A stretch of DNA of 64,000 nt, from positions 14,858-78,857 of the forward strand of contig CAVWLH010000004.1 in the NCBI GenBank assembly GCA_963755925.1, given 5' to 3'. The notes below the pieces were generated by a model. It made no database searches and was not told the origin of the DNA. It was given only the letters and a program-made list of their open reading frames with translations. The stretch is from an uncultured Acidobacteriaceae bacterium (lineage in GTDB: Bacteria > Acidobacteriota > Terriglobia > Terriglobales > Acidobacteriaceae). Position numbers and translations under genes: made by a program. Below, in pieces: positions 9,775-20,592 of the stretch. Each line of letters starts with the position of its first letter. The first letter of the stretch is position 1.

Positions 9775-11356
9775 CTATCGTTTCAGCAAGTCCACCGGCT
9801 CGCGTACATCGGTCACGCGGAAATATTTCGCCAGCGAAGGATAGCGCTGCGCCACGGCTTCGTACATCGCGTAGGCCACATTGCGATAGGAAAAGTGACC
9901 GGCTGCACCCGTCCGCAGCTCGCTGATATAGATCGCCTCGGCCAGGTCCATCTTGAACAGCGTGCGCTTGCGGAAGGCCAGTGGGATGACGTATTGCGAC
10001 TGTGCTCCGCTTCGGGCTGATTCGCCGGCCGGCAACCTGCCCGGCGGTATCCCGCGCACGCTCCATCGCAACCTGATAGCGCTCGGCCAATCCTGCCGAA
10101 TCGATCTCTACCGGTTCGTCGTATCCGTGCGCCGTGGTGTAGTCCTGCACAATCTGCACGCAGCGGCGATGGCGATGCATGTCGCGAAAGCCGCCGATGT
10201 CCATCAGGATGTCGAAGCGGAATTGCTGTCCGGCGCAGAAGGCGCGCGAGACTTCATCGTGACGCCCGCGATGACGCAGGCCCATCTCGACGATCTCGCG
10301 GCGTTGCGCCTCCGGCAGCGCGCTAACGACGTCCGAATTTGCCGGTACGGATGATGCGAGTACTGATACAGCAACGTCGCTGCGAGCTCGATCTCCAGCG
10401 GATCGGCGTCGAGCAAATCAACGGTCGGGGCTGGTCTCAATCGCAACGCCAGCTAACAATTCCTGCGCCGCTACCTTCAGTTCGCGCCGGGTTTCGATCT
10501 CGTAGGCGTTAGGCTCGGCATACTTCATCAGCGTGGGCGCGACGCGGATTGGCCGCATCAGGAATTCGCCGGCACGTCCTGCCAGCTCAGGAGACTCGTG
10601 CGCAATCTCATCCAGCAATGCCCATGCTTTGGCATGGCTGACGTCGTACGCAGGCTCCTGAGCGGCGCGTCGCAACAGTTCGCCCAGATGGCGCACTTCG
10701 GCGTGGGTGTGCGACAGCAAACGCGAGACCTGATTCTCCAGCGTCCGCGCGCTGACGATCTGGCCCAGCGAGGTGTTGGTCGCCAGCGGCAGCAGATAGC
10801 GCGAGAGGTCGAAGGCGCGGGCGCGCAGGGTGCGCTCGTACGCCTCCTGCTTCATCTCCGCAGGCTTGGGCGTGCGCTCGCGAAGGTAGCCAAACATTTC
10901 CTCGGAGAAGTGGCGATACTCGGCGAAGAGGTGATCGACGGTGTCCCGATACAGGACGCGCGCCGCTGCGTCGTCGCCAAAATCAGGAACGTAGTATCCG
11001 CTCTTCTGGAAGTCCTGATAGCGGGTGGAACGCTCCTGGCCGTCCCAGCGCGGCTCATCGACGGCGACGGTCGCGGCCAGGATCGACAGCCGCTCGATGG
11101 CGAAGGCGATGTGCGCCAAATCCGCAATGCTGCGATGGCCGTACTGAAAGTAGAAGGTGTTGAGGAACTTTTCGGCTTTCTGGTCGTTGATCTCGGCCAG
11201 CGATTCGCGCATGGACAGCGCCGAGCGCGAATATTTGGCCATGCCGTACGCCTGCACCTCGGGATCGGCGCCGTGGACGGCGTAAACCTGGGTGCTGGGC
11301 TCGTGGTTGGAAGGAACTTCGCTGTTATCCGCGTCTGGTTTGTAACCGAGTGACAT
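9775..11356 (-). pseudogene. thyX: FAD-dependent thymidylate synthase ThyX, long two-domain form, frame-disrupted in this sequence
   Basis: ORF 10418..11356 has YGHRSIADLAH and QERSTRYQDF. It continues through ORFs 10204..10446 and 9602..10285 (GGFRDMHRHRR) and 9775..10071 (ELRTGAAGHFSYRNVAYAMY). At least 3 frame switches. Total length is about 525 aa. Confidence 0.8.
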
Positions 11357-11444
11357 TGCGGTGAATCATATGCGGTATGGGACAGGCGGGCAACCGTCGA
11401 AGCTGTGGGAATCGTGTAAAACTGGTGACATCCCATAAATTCTC

Positions 11445-12305
11445 TTGCGTAAACCTCCGCCTGAAGCCGATCTCGCCTCCGATAGCCGCACCCAGTGGGT
11501 GGGCGCGGACTCCATCCTGTTTGCCACGGCGCATCGGCCATGGCCCGCGCCCATGGCGCCGTGGATCATGACCCAGCGCTGGAACGATCTTCTGTTTATG
11601 CACTATTCGCTGGCGCCGGAAATGGTGCGGGCGCTGGTGCCGGAATCCCTCACGGTGGATACCTATCAGCAACGCGCGTGGGTGTCGGTGACGCCGTTCT
11701 GGATCAATCATCTGCGGCCGCCGGGAGTGCCTTCGCTGCCGTGGCTCTCGCATTTTTCCGAGATCAACGTGCGGACCTACGTCAGCTACAACGGCAAGCC
11801 CGGCATTTACTTCTTCAGCCTGGATGCCAGCAATCTGTCGGCCGTGTGGGGCGCGCGCGTCTTCTATCGGCTGCCGTACTGGCAGGCGTCGATGAAGGTG
11901 AAGGGCAAAGGCGGAGCGAGGATCGACTACCTCTCGAAGCGGCAGCATGGGCCGAAGCCTGCCGAGTTGAAGTGCTCGTACGGGCCGGCCAGTCGACAGA
12001 CGTTCCAGGCGCGACCGGGATCGATTCAGCACTTCCTCACCGAGCGATACTGCCTTTATTCCGTCAGCCGAAAGCACCTGTATCGCGGTGAGATTCACCA
12101 TCTGCCGTGGGATTTGCAGGAGGCGGTGGTTGATCTCGAAGTGAACACGATGGCGCAACCTGCGGGTCTGCAACTTCCTGCTCAGCCCGATCTGGCGTAC
12201 TTTTCGAGCGAGTTGAAAGTGCTGTTCTGGGCGCCGGAGCGGCTGTTGATAGCAAGAGTCGAGCAACGATTGAGTAGTGCACGCCTTCAGGCCGGCGTTG
12301 CATAG
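11445..12305 (+). CDS. DUF2071 (YqjF-like) family protein
   Basis: RPWPAPMAPWIMTQRWNDLLFMHYS...VTPFWINHLRPPG...EINVRTYV...GIYFFSLDA matches the DUF2071 pattern as I recall it. The start is uncertain (TTG 11445 or GTG 11499). Confidence 0.7.
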   Translation: MRKPPPEADLASDSRTQWVGADSILFATAHRPWPAPMAPWIMTQRWNDLLFMHYSLAPEMVRALVPESLTVDTYQQRAWVSVTPFWINHLRPPGVPSLPWLSHFSEINVRTYVSYNGKPGIYFFSLDASNLSAVWGARVFYRLPYWQASMKVKGKGGARIDYLSKRQHGPKPAELKCSYGPASRQTFQARPGSIQHFLTERYCLYSVSRKHLYRGEIHHLPWDLQEAVVDLEVNTMAQPAGLQLPAQPDLAYFSSELKVLFWAPERLLIARVEQRLSSARLQAGVA

Positions 12306-12328
12306 ACCCACTCACCAACGGATAGTTG

Positions 12329-12474
12329 CCTTGTATCAGGGCACGGCTTGAGCCGTGCCGTTCGGCTGCCAAAGAATTGGGCTTTAGCTCCTGAGGGATT
12401 CTGTTCGCAGGGGCTAAAGCCCAAAGACTCAACTACGCATTCGGCATCGACCAAGGTCGTGCCCTGATACAAGG
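12329..12474. repeat. composite inverted-repeat element (17-bp perfect terminal IR enclosing hairpins)
   Basis: CCTTGTATCAGGGCACG at 12329..12345 pairs with CGTGCCCTGATACAAGG at 12458..12474. Inner hairpins are gggcacggcttgagccgtgcc and gggctttagctcctg...caggggctaaagccc (15-bp stem, 1 mismatch). Confidence 0.85.
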
Positions 12475-12611
12475 CGGAGTGATTTTTCAGATGGGAAGCC
12501 TAACGCGAGCATGAAGGTCCGCACTACCCGAACAGCACATCCGGCCAAGACGCTCCACTCTGATTCGCTGGCGCTGGTTATAATCCAGCTTGCTTCATGC
12601 GGGAGGGATTC

Positions 12612-13360
12612 ATGGCAGGAGTGGAAGGCCGGGTCGCGCTGGTTACGGGAGCGTCGCAGGGCATAGGCCGGGCGTGCGCGCTGGTTCTGGCTGAGTCGGG
12701 AGCGAAGCTGGCGTTGTGCGCGCGCAATCAGGAGAAGCTGGAGCAATTGGCCGGCGAGATCAACGGCAAGGGCGGCGAGGCTGCCGCGTTCAAGCTCGAC
12801 GTCGCCAGCGAAGACGAAATCAAGGCCGTCGTAAAGGCGGTGATCGCGCGCTTCGGCAAAATCGACATTCTGGTCAACAATGCCGGCATCACCCGCGATC
12901 AGCTGGTCATGCGCATGAAGCGCGCCGACTGGGACGACGTCCTCGCCACCAACCTGACCGCGCCATTCCTGCTGATCACAGGCCGTCATCGGCTCCATGC
13001 TGAAGCAGCGCTGGGGGAGAATCATCAACATCACCAGCATCTTTGGACAGATCGGCCAGGTCGGGCCAGGCCAACTACTCGTCGTCGAAGGCCGGGCTGA
13101 TCGGCCTTACCATGTCGGTGGCGCGCGAGGTTGGATCGCGCAACATCACCGTCAACGCGGTTGCGCCGGGCTTCATCGAGACGGCGATGACCGAGGTCCT
13201 TCCGGCTGAGTTGAAGGAGAACATCCTGAAGAACATTCCGCTGGGACGGGCGGGCAGCGATATGGACGTGGCCCACGCCGTGAAGTTTCTGGCGTCGGAG
13301 GAAGCGGGCTACGTTACGGGGCATGTGCTGAATGTGAATGGCGGGATTCTGATGGGATAG
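12612..13360 (+). pseudogene. fabG: 3-oxoacyl-[ACP] reductase FabG, frame-disrupted in this sequence
   Basis: The ATG at 12612 follows GGGAGGG. Motifs: VALVTGASQGIGRA and LVNNAGI. It continues in ORFs 12997..13209 ([23 protein letters not shown]) and 13043..13360 ([13 protein letters not shown]...GHVLNVNGG). Switches lie near 12975 and 13065 (gggCcaggcc suggests one extra C). Confidence 0.9.
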
Positions 13361-13650
13361 CAGCGGATTTACATCTGTTGCATTTTCGGGTGGGGCACGC
13401 CTTTCATGTTGCACAAGTGCCGAAGATTCTCGAGGGTGGCTTTGCGTGAGGAACTCTTCGCTGGATTTGCCTCAGCGGCTGAAGCCGGATTGATGAACAT
13501 CGAGCATCTGATGCACGCCGGAAGCGGTTGCTGAAAAAGTTGCAGTTCGTGGCGTGAGTCGCCGGGTAAAGCGGCTCGGGAAAAAATACGGAGCCTCGGC
13601 AGCGGTCGGCAGGGTTACGCCACAGCGAGCACACGTAAGGTCCGCTCCCC

Positions 13651-14379
13651 GTGATCGAGGATACATCGATCGTGAATTGGGATAGCCCAGCAGGATTGGT
13701 GCAGCATGAGTCTGAAATTGTCGAAGCCACAACGCCGGAGCAGATCGAGCAGGTGCGAAACCTGTTCGCCGAATATCGCGCGCAGTTGCCGGTGGAATAT
13801 TGTTTTCGAACGTTCGATGCTGAAATTGCCGGACTGCCGGGCGCGTATTCTCCGCCGCAAGGAACGCTGTTGCTGGCGATGGTCATAGGGCAGCCGGTGG
13901 GATGCGTCGGTCTGCGTCCGTTCCCGCTCGAGGGGCGCTGCGAGATGAAGCGGCTTTACATACGTCCGGCATTTCGCGGCGACAAGCTGGGGAAAAAGCT
14001 GGTGGAGCGGTTGCTGCGGGAGGCGCGGCGTCTGGGCTATTCGTCCATGCGGCTGGATTCGCATCCGCCGACAATGCAGGCCGCAGTGGAGATGTACCGG
14101 AAGCTTGGTTTCCGCGAAGTCAGTCCTGATCCGCTGGAACCGGTGGAAGGACTGATCTATATGGAGTTGGCAGTTGATCTAAAACCGTTGTCAGTTGCCG
14201 GTTATCAGTTGTCAGTCGCACTCAATTTCATTTGTGCGAGAATTCACTTGCCAGCCTTCCCGGCAATGGTTACTATGCAGTCAACCCCATGGCCACTCCC
14301 CCACAGGACGAAAACCCCTCATGAACATCGGCGAGACGATCCGCAATTTCCGCCTGCAAAAAAGTATGTCGCAAGGTGA
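13651..14379 (+). CDS. GNAT family N-acetyltransferase (3' end uncertain; probable read-through)
   Basis: VGCVGLRPF...CEMKRLYIRPAFRGDKLGKKLVERLLREARRLGYSSMRLDS...AVEMYRKLGF is an acetyl-CoA-binding GNAT core. After IYMELAV the ORF runs through a 7-bp-period array (14171..14219) and 59 nt into the next gene. The real stop is probably the TGA/TAA at 14175-14182, in another frame. Confidence 0.7.
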   Translation: MIEDTSIVNWDSPAGLVQHESEIVEATTPEQIEQVRNLFAEYRAQLPVEYCFRTFDAEIAGLPGAYSPPQGTLLLAMVIGQPVGCVGLRPFPLEGRCEMKRLYIRPAFRGDKLGKKLVERLLREARRLGYSSMRLDSHPPTMQAAVEMYRKLGFREVSPDPLEPVEGLIYMELAVDLKPLSVAGYQLSVALNFICARIHLPAFPAMVTMQSTPWPLPHRTKTPHEHRRDDPQFPPAKKYVAR

Positions 14380-14668
14380 CATCGAAAAGCGCACCGGTCT
14401 GCTGCGCTGTTATCTGTCGCGGGTGGAGAATGGCCACACCATTCCCTCGCTGGATACGCTGGCCAGAATTGCGACGGCGATGGATCTTCCGCTGTCCAGA
14501 TTCTTTACCGACGGCGCCAGCGACAATGGGAGCAAGACGCCGCAACTGGCCGAAGATGAAGTACGCTTCCTGACGCAGATTCGCCGCTATTCGCCCAACC
14601 TGAACGACAGCGACCGCAAGCTGGTGATTGCGATGGTCAAGAAGATGGCCGCGACCGCCGGCAAGTAG
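14321..14668 (+). CDS. XRE-family helix-turn-helix transcriptional regulator
   Basis: MNIGETIRNFRLQKSMSQGDIEKRTGLLRCYLSRVENGHTIPSLDTLARIATAMD is an HTH_3/Cro-C1-type motif. 115 aa from the ATG at 14321. Confidence 0.85.
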   Translation: MNIGETIRNFRLQKSMSQGDIEKRTGLLRCYLSRVENGHTIPSLDTLARIATAMDLPLSRFFTDGASDNGSKTPQLAEDEVRFLTQIRRYSPNLNDSDRKLVIAMVKKMAATAGK

Positions 14669-14878
14669 TGAACCACGAAACCGAGACACAGTTCAGTGAA
14701 TCACAGGCACTGGGCGTCCAGATCTTGATGTGCGTCTGCGCGAATGTCGCGCATCCGCCCATCGCTCGGCATGCAAAATGAACCGTTATGCGGAGATCTG
14801 ATCGGCCACGCTAAATGCCATCTAGAATGACGTTGTCTCGCAGCCTCAGTGCAACGGAAGATAAGGGAAAGGGAATTC

Positions 14879-16448
14879 ATGGGAAAAATTCAACGGGCAA
14901 TCTTAAGTGTTACCGACAAGACAGGGCTGGTGGAATTTGCGCGCAGGCTGGCGAAGATGGGCGTGGAACTGGTCTCTACCGGAGGCACGGCCAAGCTGCT
15001 GCGCGATTCCGGCATCGCGGTGAAGGACATCTCCGATCTCACCGGCTTTCCGGAGATGCTGGATGGCCGGGTGAAGACGCTTCACCCCAAGGTGCACGGC
15101 GGCATCCTGCACGTGCGCGGCAAGGCGGAACATCGCGCTGCCGTCAGCGAGCATGGCATTGAGCCCATCGACATGGTGGTGGTGAACCTCTACGCCTTCG
15201 AGAAGACCGCAGGCAAGCCCGGCGTGGAGTTCGAAGACATCATCGAGAACATCGACATCGGCGGGCCGTCGATGGTGCGCTCGGCGGCGAAGAACTTTCA
15301 GGATGTTGCCATCGTGACTTCGCCGTCAGACTACGAGGCCATCGCCGGCGAGATGGAGAGCGGCGGCGGATCGCTGTCGTTGAAGACGAAGTGGCGGCTG
15401 GCGCAAAAGGCGTTTGCGACGACGGCGGCATATGATTCGGCGATTGCGTCCACTCTGGAGCGCATCGGCGCGCCCGAGAGCGATGCCGGGAAATTCGCAC
15501 TCGGTAACGCAGACGTTTTTCCTGAGACGCTTGCGGCTCAGCTTTCGCAAAGCATTCGATCTTCGCTACGGCGAGAATCCGCACCAGAAAGCTGCGCTGT
15601 ACTCCGACGGCTCAGGTAAAGGCGTAGCGAATGGCAAACAGCTTCAGGGCAAGGAACTCAGCTACAACAATATTGTCGATCTGCAAGCGGCATGGGACCT
15701 GGCGCAGGAGTTCGAGGAGCCAGTCTGCGCGATCATCAAGCACACCAATCCCTGCGGAACGGCAGTGGCAACCACGCTGGCCGAAGCCTACAAGCGCGCG
15801 CTGGAGTGCGATCCGGTATCGGCGTTCGGCGGCGTGATCGGGGTCAATCGCGCCATTGATCGCGAGACGGCGACGGAAATGGCCAAGCTGTTCGTCGAGG
15901 CAATCGCCGCGCCGGGATTCGACGACGCGGCGCGCGAGATCTTTGCCACCAAGAAGAATCTGCGGCTGGTGGAAGTTGTGCCGATGGAGCAGAAGTGGGT
16001 GCTGAAGAATGTTTCCGGCGGCGTGCTGCTGCAGGACAACGACATGCGGCCGCTCACCGAAGCCGACCTGAAGATCGTCAGCGAGCGCAAGCCGACGGAG
16101 CAGGAGATGCGCGATCTGCTGTTCGCGTGGAAGGTGTGCAAGCACGTGAAATCGAATGCGATTCTCTATGCCCGCAACGGCCAGAGCACCGGCGTGGGTG
16201 CGGGCCAGATGAGCCGCGTGGATTCGGCGAAGATCGGCGCGATGAAGTCGGTGCTGGGGATCAAAGGCTCGGTTGCGGCGTCCGACGCGTTCTTCCCGTT
16301 TCCCGATGGGGTTGAGGAGATTGCGAAGGCGGGCGCGACCGCGATTATCCAGCCCGGCGGTTCGGTGCGCGATCAGGAAGTGATTGACGCAGCCAATCGA
16401 CTTGGTCTGGCGATGGTGCTGACCGGCGTGCGGCATTTCCGGCACTAG
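14879..16448 (+). pseudogene. purH: bifunctional AICAR transformylase/IMP cyclohydrolase PurH, frame-disrupted in this sequence
   Basis: [25 protein letters not shown] and [15 protein letters not shown] in ORF 14849..15619. LRYGENPHQ...IIKHTNPCG...GQMSRVDS...IQPGGSVRD in ORF 15414..16448. One switch near 15530 (acgctTgcgg suggests one extra T). Confidence 0.92.
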
Positions 16449-16536
16449 GGACCCGATACTGACGGACGGCGGTCCTATCGTGAACGCGGTCGTAAGACCA
16501 GGACCGGGGTGCGGTGTTACTTTCGAGAAACGACCT

Positions 16537-18180
16537 ATGGCCCGTTCCCAAACCAGCCACCAACTTGGCCGTTTCCTCTCCCCGGGAATACGGCTCGCCC
16601 TTCTGGGATTCGTGCTGGTGGCTTTGACGCTGGCGGTGTATGCGCCGGTGACGCGGCATCCCTTCCTTCACATCGACGACTACGGCTATGTGGTCAACAA
16701 CCTCCACATCCAGCATCTGGACTGGGAGACCGTCAAGTGGTCCTTCACTAGCTTCCCATACGCCAACTGGGACCCGTTGACCTGGCTATCGCACGCCCTG
16801 GACATCCAGCTCTTTGGCCTCGACCCGGGGCGGCATCACGAAACCAGTCTGCTGCTGCATTCACTGAATGCCCTGCTGCTGTTCTGGCTGCTGTGGCAAG
16901 CGACCGGCTATGTGGGGCGCAGCTTTGTGGCGGCGGCGCTGTTTGCGCTGCATCCCTGCAATGTTGAGGCGGTCGCCTGGGTTGCCGAACGCAAGACCGT
17001 GCTGAGCATGGTTTTCTTTCTGCTGACGTTGATCGCCTATCGCTGGTACGCGCGCCAGCCGGCGGTGGGACGCTACTTGGTGGTGGCAATGTTGTTCGCG
17101 CTGGGCTTGATGTCGAAACCTCAGATCGTCACCCTGCCGTTTGTGCTGCTGCTGTGGGACTACTGGCCGCTGGGGCGAATGTTTCCCAGCGCCGACTCAT
17201 CTTTGGCCGGGGAGACCCCGGGCCACGTTGTTCCGGGAAAGAGTTTGTCCTGGTTGTTGCTGGAGAAAGTGCCTCTGCTGGGGCTTTCCGCCGGCAGCGC
17301 CTTTCTAACGATGAAAGCGCAGTGGGCGAATCGCACGCTGGGCGGCTTGAACTCGTATTCCTTTGCGGTACGCCTGAGCAGCGTCATCGTCACGTATGTG
17401 CGATACCTTGCCCATGCTTTCTGGCCAGCGCACCTGTCATTCTTCTATCCGCACGCGCGGACGACGGCGCCCGCCGGGCAGCTTGCCGCGGCATTGCTCC
17501 TGTTGCTGCTCATCGCCTGGCTGGCGCTTATCAGCCGTAATCGTCGTTACTTGGCTGTCGGATGGCTGTGGTTCCTCGGCACGCTGGTTCCCATGATTGG
17601 GCTGGTGCAACTGGGCAACGGAGAGGCCATGACCGATCGTTTCGGTTATGTGCCGTTCGTTGGATTGTTCATCGCCATCGGTTGGGGCGTGGCCGATTGG
17701 GCAGAACGATGGCGTTATTCGGAGGTCTGGCTCCCCGCCGGCACCATTGCCATTCTGCTGTTAATGGCCTCCGCGACACGTCGCCAGCTCAGTTATTGGA
17801 CCGACGACCTGAGCCTATGGACGCATGCCGCCGAGGCCGTAAGCAATAACGCGATGGCCGAGAACATGATTGGCGAAACCTTGCAGCAGAGAGGAGATCG
17901 GGACGCCGCTATGGCGCATTTCCAAGCCGCGGCGGCGATGGATCCACTTTTCCCCTATCCCCGCCTCCACCTCGGTATCTACGACGAAGAGCATGGTCAC
18001 CCACGCGAGGCGATCGAGCAGTTGCAGAAAGTCATTGAGCTGACCCAGAGCGTTGCCGACCATGTGCCGGCCATCAGAAATGAAGCCTTCGTCCATATGA
18101 GCTTTGCCTATGCCCAGCTTGGCGACCGTGCCAATCAGGAAAAGTACCTCAGCCTGGCCGCCCAGCAGATCCAACCCTAG
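16537..18180 (+). CDS. polytopic membrane protein with C-terminal TPR repeats (TMTC/PMT-like GT-C glycosyltransferase candidate)
   Basis: About 11 hydrophobic segments. The first-loop motif is FLHIDDYGYVVNN. HPCNVEAVAWVAERK resembles the DUF1736/TMTC signature. The C-terminal ~130 aa are TPR-like (AMAHFQAAAAMDPLFPY...). Confidence 0.6.
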   Translation: MARSQTSHQLGRFLSPGIRLALLGFVLVALTLAVYAPVTRHPFLHIDDYGYVVNNLHIQHLDWETVKWSFTSFPYANWDPLTWLSHALDIQLFGLDPGRHHETSLLLHSLNALLLFWLLWQATGYVGRSFVAAALFALHPCNVEAVAWVAERKTVLSMVFFLLTLIAYRWYARQPAVGRYLVVAMLFALGLMSKPQIVTLPFVLLLWDYWPLGRMFPSADSSLAGETPGHVVPGKSLSWLLLEKVPLLGLSAGSAFLTMKAQWANRTLGGLNSYSFAVRLSSVIVTYVRYLAHAFWPAHLSFFYPHARTTAPAGQLAAALLLLLLIAWLALISRNRRYLAVGWLWFLGTLVPMIGLVQLGNGEAMTDRFGYVPFVGLFIAIGWGVADWAERWRYSEVWLPAGTIAILLLMASATRRQLSYWTDDLSLWTHAAEAVSNNAMAENMIGETLQQRGDRDAAMAHFQAAAAMDPLFPYPRLHLGIYDEEHGHPREAIEQLQKVIELTQSVADHVPAIRNEAFVHMSFAYAQLGDRANQEKYLSLAAQQIQP

Positions 18181-18226
18181 GGAATTTTGTGCCAAGTTTT
18201 TGTGCTAGGATTCCAGCCATCCGGCC

Positions 18227-20540
18227 ATGACGTTTTCCCTCGCAGTGGAAAATCCTGATCCCCAACAGCTCTCAGGCGGCGAAGCCTCTTTCCAGCGGCG
18301 GCTCTATCTCATCCTGACGTTCCTCGCGTTGATCTACGCTTTTTTGGCGGGTCTGAGGACGGTGCAGGATTTCGATCTCGGGTGGCAGATGGCGACTGGC
18401 CGCTGGGTGATTCAGCATCATCACGTTCCCTCAGTGGATGTGCTGTCGTACACCATGCATGGGCAGCCGTGGATGTATCCCGTAGGCTGCGGAATTGTTT
18501 TCTACCTGGCCTATCTGCTGGGAGGCTATGCGCTGATTTCATGGATCGGCGCGGCAGCCTGCGTGGGCAGCGTTGCCTTGCTGTTGCGGCGCGGCTCGGC
18601 TGCCGGCGCAGCCATCGCGATTCTCGCGGTGCCGTTGATTGCGGCCCGTACCACGCCGCGCGCCGACATGTTCACCATCGTTCTTTTTGCGGCGTTCCTC
18701 TCGCTGCTATGGGAGAACTACCGGACGGGCAAGGCTCGCCTGTGGCTATTGCCGCTGTTGATGGTGGCTTGGGTAAATCTGCACTTCGGTTTTGCTTCGG
18801 GACTGGCGCTGGTTGTGGCTTATGTGGCGGCGGAGTTGCTGGAAGCGAATCTTCGGGCGGAGCGCCGCCAAGCAGCTTTGCAGAGGCTGCGTCGCGCGTC
18901 GCCGTGGCTGTCTGGCGACGGGGCTGGCCACGCTGGTGAATCCGTGGGGCTGGGGTATCTACCACGGCCTGTTGGTGGAACAGCGCGCCTATGCCCAGGG
19001 GCAATTATGGATCAATGAATGGGCGCCGGTGCGGATCAACTGGGCCAACATCGGCCGGTCGTTGTTGTTGCGGCAAACCACCGCCACAATTTACCTGTTG
19101 TTCGCCATTTGTCTGGTGGCAGCCGCAGCGGCGTTGCTGCGCGGACATTGGGCGGCGGCGGTGCTGCTGTTGGGAGCAATGTATCCGGCGATGCATGCCG
19201 TCCGCATGGGAGCGCTGTTCGCTTGTGTGTTGGTTATCGCCGGCGGGCCGGAATTGGCGTGGGTATTGGGCGGAGTGGGCCTGCGGATCCGTCCGGCACA
19301 CACGCGCCGGTTGGTCGCGGGAGCCGCGGCCGCATGCCTCGCAGTGCTCGCCGGAGTGCGTTCGTTCGACCTGGTAACCAATCGCCACTACTATTCGACT
19401 GCCGATGAAGCTGTCTTTGGCGCAGGGTTGTGTTCGTGGTTTCCGCAGCGCGCCACGGAGTTCATCGTGCAACAGAAGTTGCCGGGCGAGATTCTCAACA
19501 CCTACGCGGCCGGCGGATTCCTTGCCTGGAAGCTTGGTCCGGAGCGCGGCGTGTACATTGACGGCCGCGACACACTGTACGGCCCTCCACGGCTGGCGCG
19601 TCAGAGCGAATTGATGTTCGGCTCTCCCGATTCTGCGACGTGGCAGGACGAGGCCAGCCGTTACAACATCAACACCGTCGTCATCGCGCTGGCACGCTAT
19701 GACGGGCTGAAGCCTGCGCTGTTACGTGGCCTGTGCAGCAGCACTATGTGGCGTCCGGTTTACCTGGATGAAAAGTCGGCGGTGTTCGTGCGCCAGTCGC
19801 CGGAGAACGAGGAAGTGATCCAGCGCTCTACGGTGGATTGCGGAACTGCGCCGCTGCCCGCGCCAGCGGCAGACGAGAGTCACGCGGAAGCCTTCAATAC
19901 CTGGAGCGATGCTGCCATCACGCTGGCTGCGCTGGGACGCAATCCGGAGGCGTTGAGCGCCTATCAGAAGGCATTCGCTATTTTTCCAGACTCGGCTTTC
20001 CTGCATCGCAATTATGCCGACCTTCTATTCGCCATGGGACGGATGGACGACTCGGAAAAGGAATATCTGCTGGCGATCAAGCTGGAACCGAGTGCCGATA
20101 CCTGGGGCGCTCTGGCGCGTTCCTACTTGCAGCGCGACCGCATGCTGGCGGGCGCAGAGGCAATGGAACACGAGGCTCAGTTTTCGCCGCGGCCGTTCCT
20201 GACGCTGAATGATCTGGGGTACTTGTATCTCAGCTTGAATCAGCCCGAGAAGGCGCTGCGAGCATTCGATGGAGCGGCGCGCAGCACGCCCGGTGGACTG
20301 CGAGCCGCGGACCATGGCTTCTTCGAATTCAAAGTGGCACAGGGGCAGTCGGCGGCATGGAATGCGCTGGGCAATCTGGAGAAGGCGACGACTTACCAGG
20401 AAGAAGCCGCCAATCTTCAGCCGAATGTGCCGCAGCCGTGGCGACGGCTGGCCCAGTTATATGAGTTGCAAGGACGGAGCGCGGATGCGAGTCGTGCCCG
20501 CGAACACGCGGCGGAGTTGAGCGGACACGTGGCTAACTGA
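18227..20540 (+). pseudogene. second polytopic membrane protein with a long C-terminal TPR domain, frame-disrupted in this sequence
   Basis: ORF 18227..19018 has TM segments and WVNLHFGFASGL. It continues in ORF 18792..20540 (LATLVNPWGWGIYHGLL..., more TMs, then about 6 TPR-like units). One switch near 18900. Confidence 0.6.
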
Positions 20541-20592
20541 AGACGGTGTCGGCTCTCAACTGTCCCGTCCGAGCCAAGAGAGTAGAGAAAAG

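Noticed and set aside
13361-13650. acpP expected downstream of fabG
   Set aside because: No frame gives an ACP-like sequence (no DSLD motif). The spacer contains only a copy of the CTCAGCGGCTRAAGCCGG repeat, also seen at 33136.
14690-14878. ZTP (pfl) riboswitch upstream of purH
   Set aside because: I looked for the conserved pfl elements in the 190-nt leader and found only loose resemblances (actgggcg, ccgccca). I cannot support it without a covariance-model scan (Rfam RF01750).
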